From contig CM000432.1 of NCBI GenBank assembly GCA_000165345.1, positions 448,001 to 512,000 on the forward strand: a stretch of 64,000 bases of DNA. Reading direction: 5' to 3'. The position numbers were made by a program, and so were the translations under genes. Shown here piece after piece: positions 62,763-64,000 of the stretch. The notes under the pieces are model-generated. The model did not search any database. It saw only the letters and a program-made list of their open reading frames with translations, and had not been told where the DNA came from. Numbering within the stretch: position 1 is the first letter of the stretch; every line of letters starts with the position of its first letter.

Positions 62763-64000
62763 ATGTCGCCTGATAGCATTAAGACTGAAAATACAGAGAA
62801 TGTTGGCGATCAAGAGCAAATTAATAATCTTATTATATCTGACTGGGGAATGGAACCAAAAAGATACAACTATCAAGTGAATGTGACTGATCCTGAAAAT
62901 AAATCCATAGGATTAGGAAAGTATACGGTATATTTAGTTTCTGGGGTTACTCCAGATGGTCACAATTTTTCTACTAGAAAGAGGTATAGTGATTTTGAAT
63001 GGTTAAGATCTACCTTAGTAATTCAGTTTCCAGGTGTATTTATTCCTCCAATACCAAAAAAGAAAAAAGTTGGTAGATTTGAAAAAGATTTTATTGAATT
63101 TAGAAGACGCTATTTGGAGGAGTTTTTAAGAAGAGTATTTAATAGGGGATACCTTATTTCCTCTAATTTGGTTAGAACATGGCTAAATAGAAGTGATAGC
63201 GGTATGGAAACTTTGAAAAAAGAGGAAGCAAACCGTCCTCTCTTCGATATTGTTACTCAATACTTTAGCAGTTTTGACAACGTTTTATCTACAGATAATC
63301 CTAATAGCAGACCGGGAAAACCTTCTAACCGTTTTTCAGTTCCAACAGTAGATATTAGCCCTATCTCTGAATTTTCAAATCGTTTAGAGAATCACTTTAT
63401 TCAACTTGAACAACTAAGCGAGCACTTGAATACAATTACATCCTCATATAATCGTGCACATATCTCTTTCAAAGAAATCCCATCACTGTTTCACAATATT
63501 TCGCTGAATAACACAAATAATGAATCAAGACTTGATCTATCTTCTATTTTCCAAAATTTGTACAATATTAATTCTAATTCTTCTCAGAGGCATTTTGACA
63601 TGCTTTATAGTATAATTGCAAGAGAGATGAATGACACCGAGTGTATGCTCGAAGCAGTTCAAACTTTAGAGAAAATGCAATGCTTATTAAATACGAATAA
63701 CTCAGCTATGCAATACTCTGATGAAGTAAATTCAGGAGACTTGAGATCTAATTCATTTGCAAATTCAAATATTAGCAATAGCTCAATAACGAGTGTAGTT
63801 AGTTCAGCTGCCAAGGGACTTGTAAGCGGTTTTTCTTTATTTTCTTCGAAGACTCGTGAAGGATCATTTACTTCAGACGCAAATCTTTCTAAACTAGATA
63901 GATATAGGGAAGACCAGTCCGCACTAAAAACGCTTCTTTCAGCCGGAAGGGTGGTATTGATTGTACACGAAATGCCTCACTTCTTTTCAGAAAAAATAAA
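62763..64000 (+). CDS. PX-domain sorting nexin, 5' part (open to the window end)
   Basis: The ATG is at 62763. The PX domain is YTVYLVSGVTPDGHNFSTRKRYSDFEWLRSTLVIQFPGVFIPPIPKKKKVGRFEKDFIEFRRRYLEEFLRRV, giving the R-Y-S-D-F, PxxPxK and RR..LE.FL signatures. The frame then stays open for 412 codons to position 64000 with no stop. Confidence 0.75.
   Translation, partial: MSPDSIKTENTENVGDQEQINNLIISDWGMEPKRYNYQVNVTDPENKSIGLGKYTVYLVSGVTPDGHNFSTRKRYSDFEWLRSTLVIQFPGVFIPPIPKKKKVGRFEKDFIEFRRRYLEEFLRRVFNRGYLISSNLVRTWLNRSDSGMETLKKEEANRPLFDIVTQYFSSFDNVLSTDNPNSRPGKPSNRFSVPTVDISPISEFSNRLENHFIQLEQLSEHLNTITSSYNRAHISFKEIPSLFHNISLNNTNNESRLDLSSIFQNLYNINSNSSQRHFDMLYSIIAREMNDTECMLEAVQTLEKMQCLLNTNNSAMQYSDEVNSGDLRSNSFANSNISNSSITSVVSSAAKGLVSGFSLFSSKTREGSFTSDANLSKLDRYREDQSALKTLLSAGRVVLIVHEMPHFFSEKI

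Overview
The window is AT-rich, gene-dense nuclear DNA from a unicellular eukaryote using the standard genetic code. Overall GC looks like 27-30% by eye, but several genes are markedly GC-richer, around 38-45%. Conserved proteins terminate at TAA, TAG and TGA, so none of the stops is reassigned. I can support about 38 protein-coding genes on both strands, roughly one per 1.7 kb, plus one tRNA-Leu(CAA). Recognisable products include a DEAD-box helicase, two CCR4/nocturnin-type EEP nucleases, AMP deaminase, nucleoside diphosphate kinase, UBA5, a TBC Rab-GAP, Nop52/RRP1, CDC73, VID27, a centromeric-type histone H3, ATG5, a Pcf11-like CID protein, an XRCC2-like Rad51 paralog, a cyclin, a DHHC palmitoyltransferase, a SET-domain methyltransferase, PIG-A, cathepsin C, a PX sorting nexin, a Tctex-1 dynein light chain, an exosome RNase PH subunit, an ORC2-like protein and an AP2-like putative transcription factor. 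Most large genes are single-exon, but at least nine genes carry 1-5 very short introns of 42-57 nt. Their donors are mostly GTAAGT, the acceptors are AG (twice AAG), and they cluster near the 5' ends. The supplied ORF track accepts TTG/GTG starts and ignores splicing, so it misrepresents those genes. I derived the spliced models by hand from splice signals, frame continuity and homology. Two short GC-rich palindromic motif families recur in upstream regions far more often than an AT-rich background allows. One is E2F-like, [A/T]TTGGCGC[C/G]; the other is TGCATGCA. The compactness, composition, AP2-like factor and these motifs are most consistent with an alveolate or apicomplexan-type parasite genome, possibly Cryptosporidium-like, but I cannot fix the lineage from sequence alone. 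I see no prokaryotic-style defence island, CRISPR array or mobile element. The most unusual locus is a two-exon type I membrane protein whose cytoplasmic tail consists of about 25 tandem G-M-P-G repeats.
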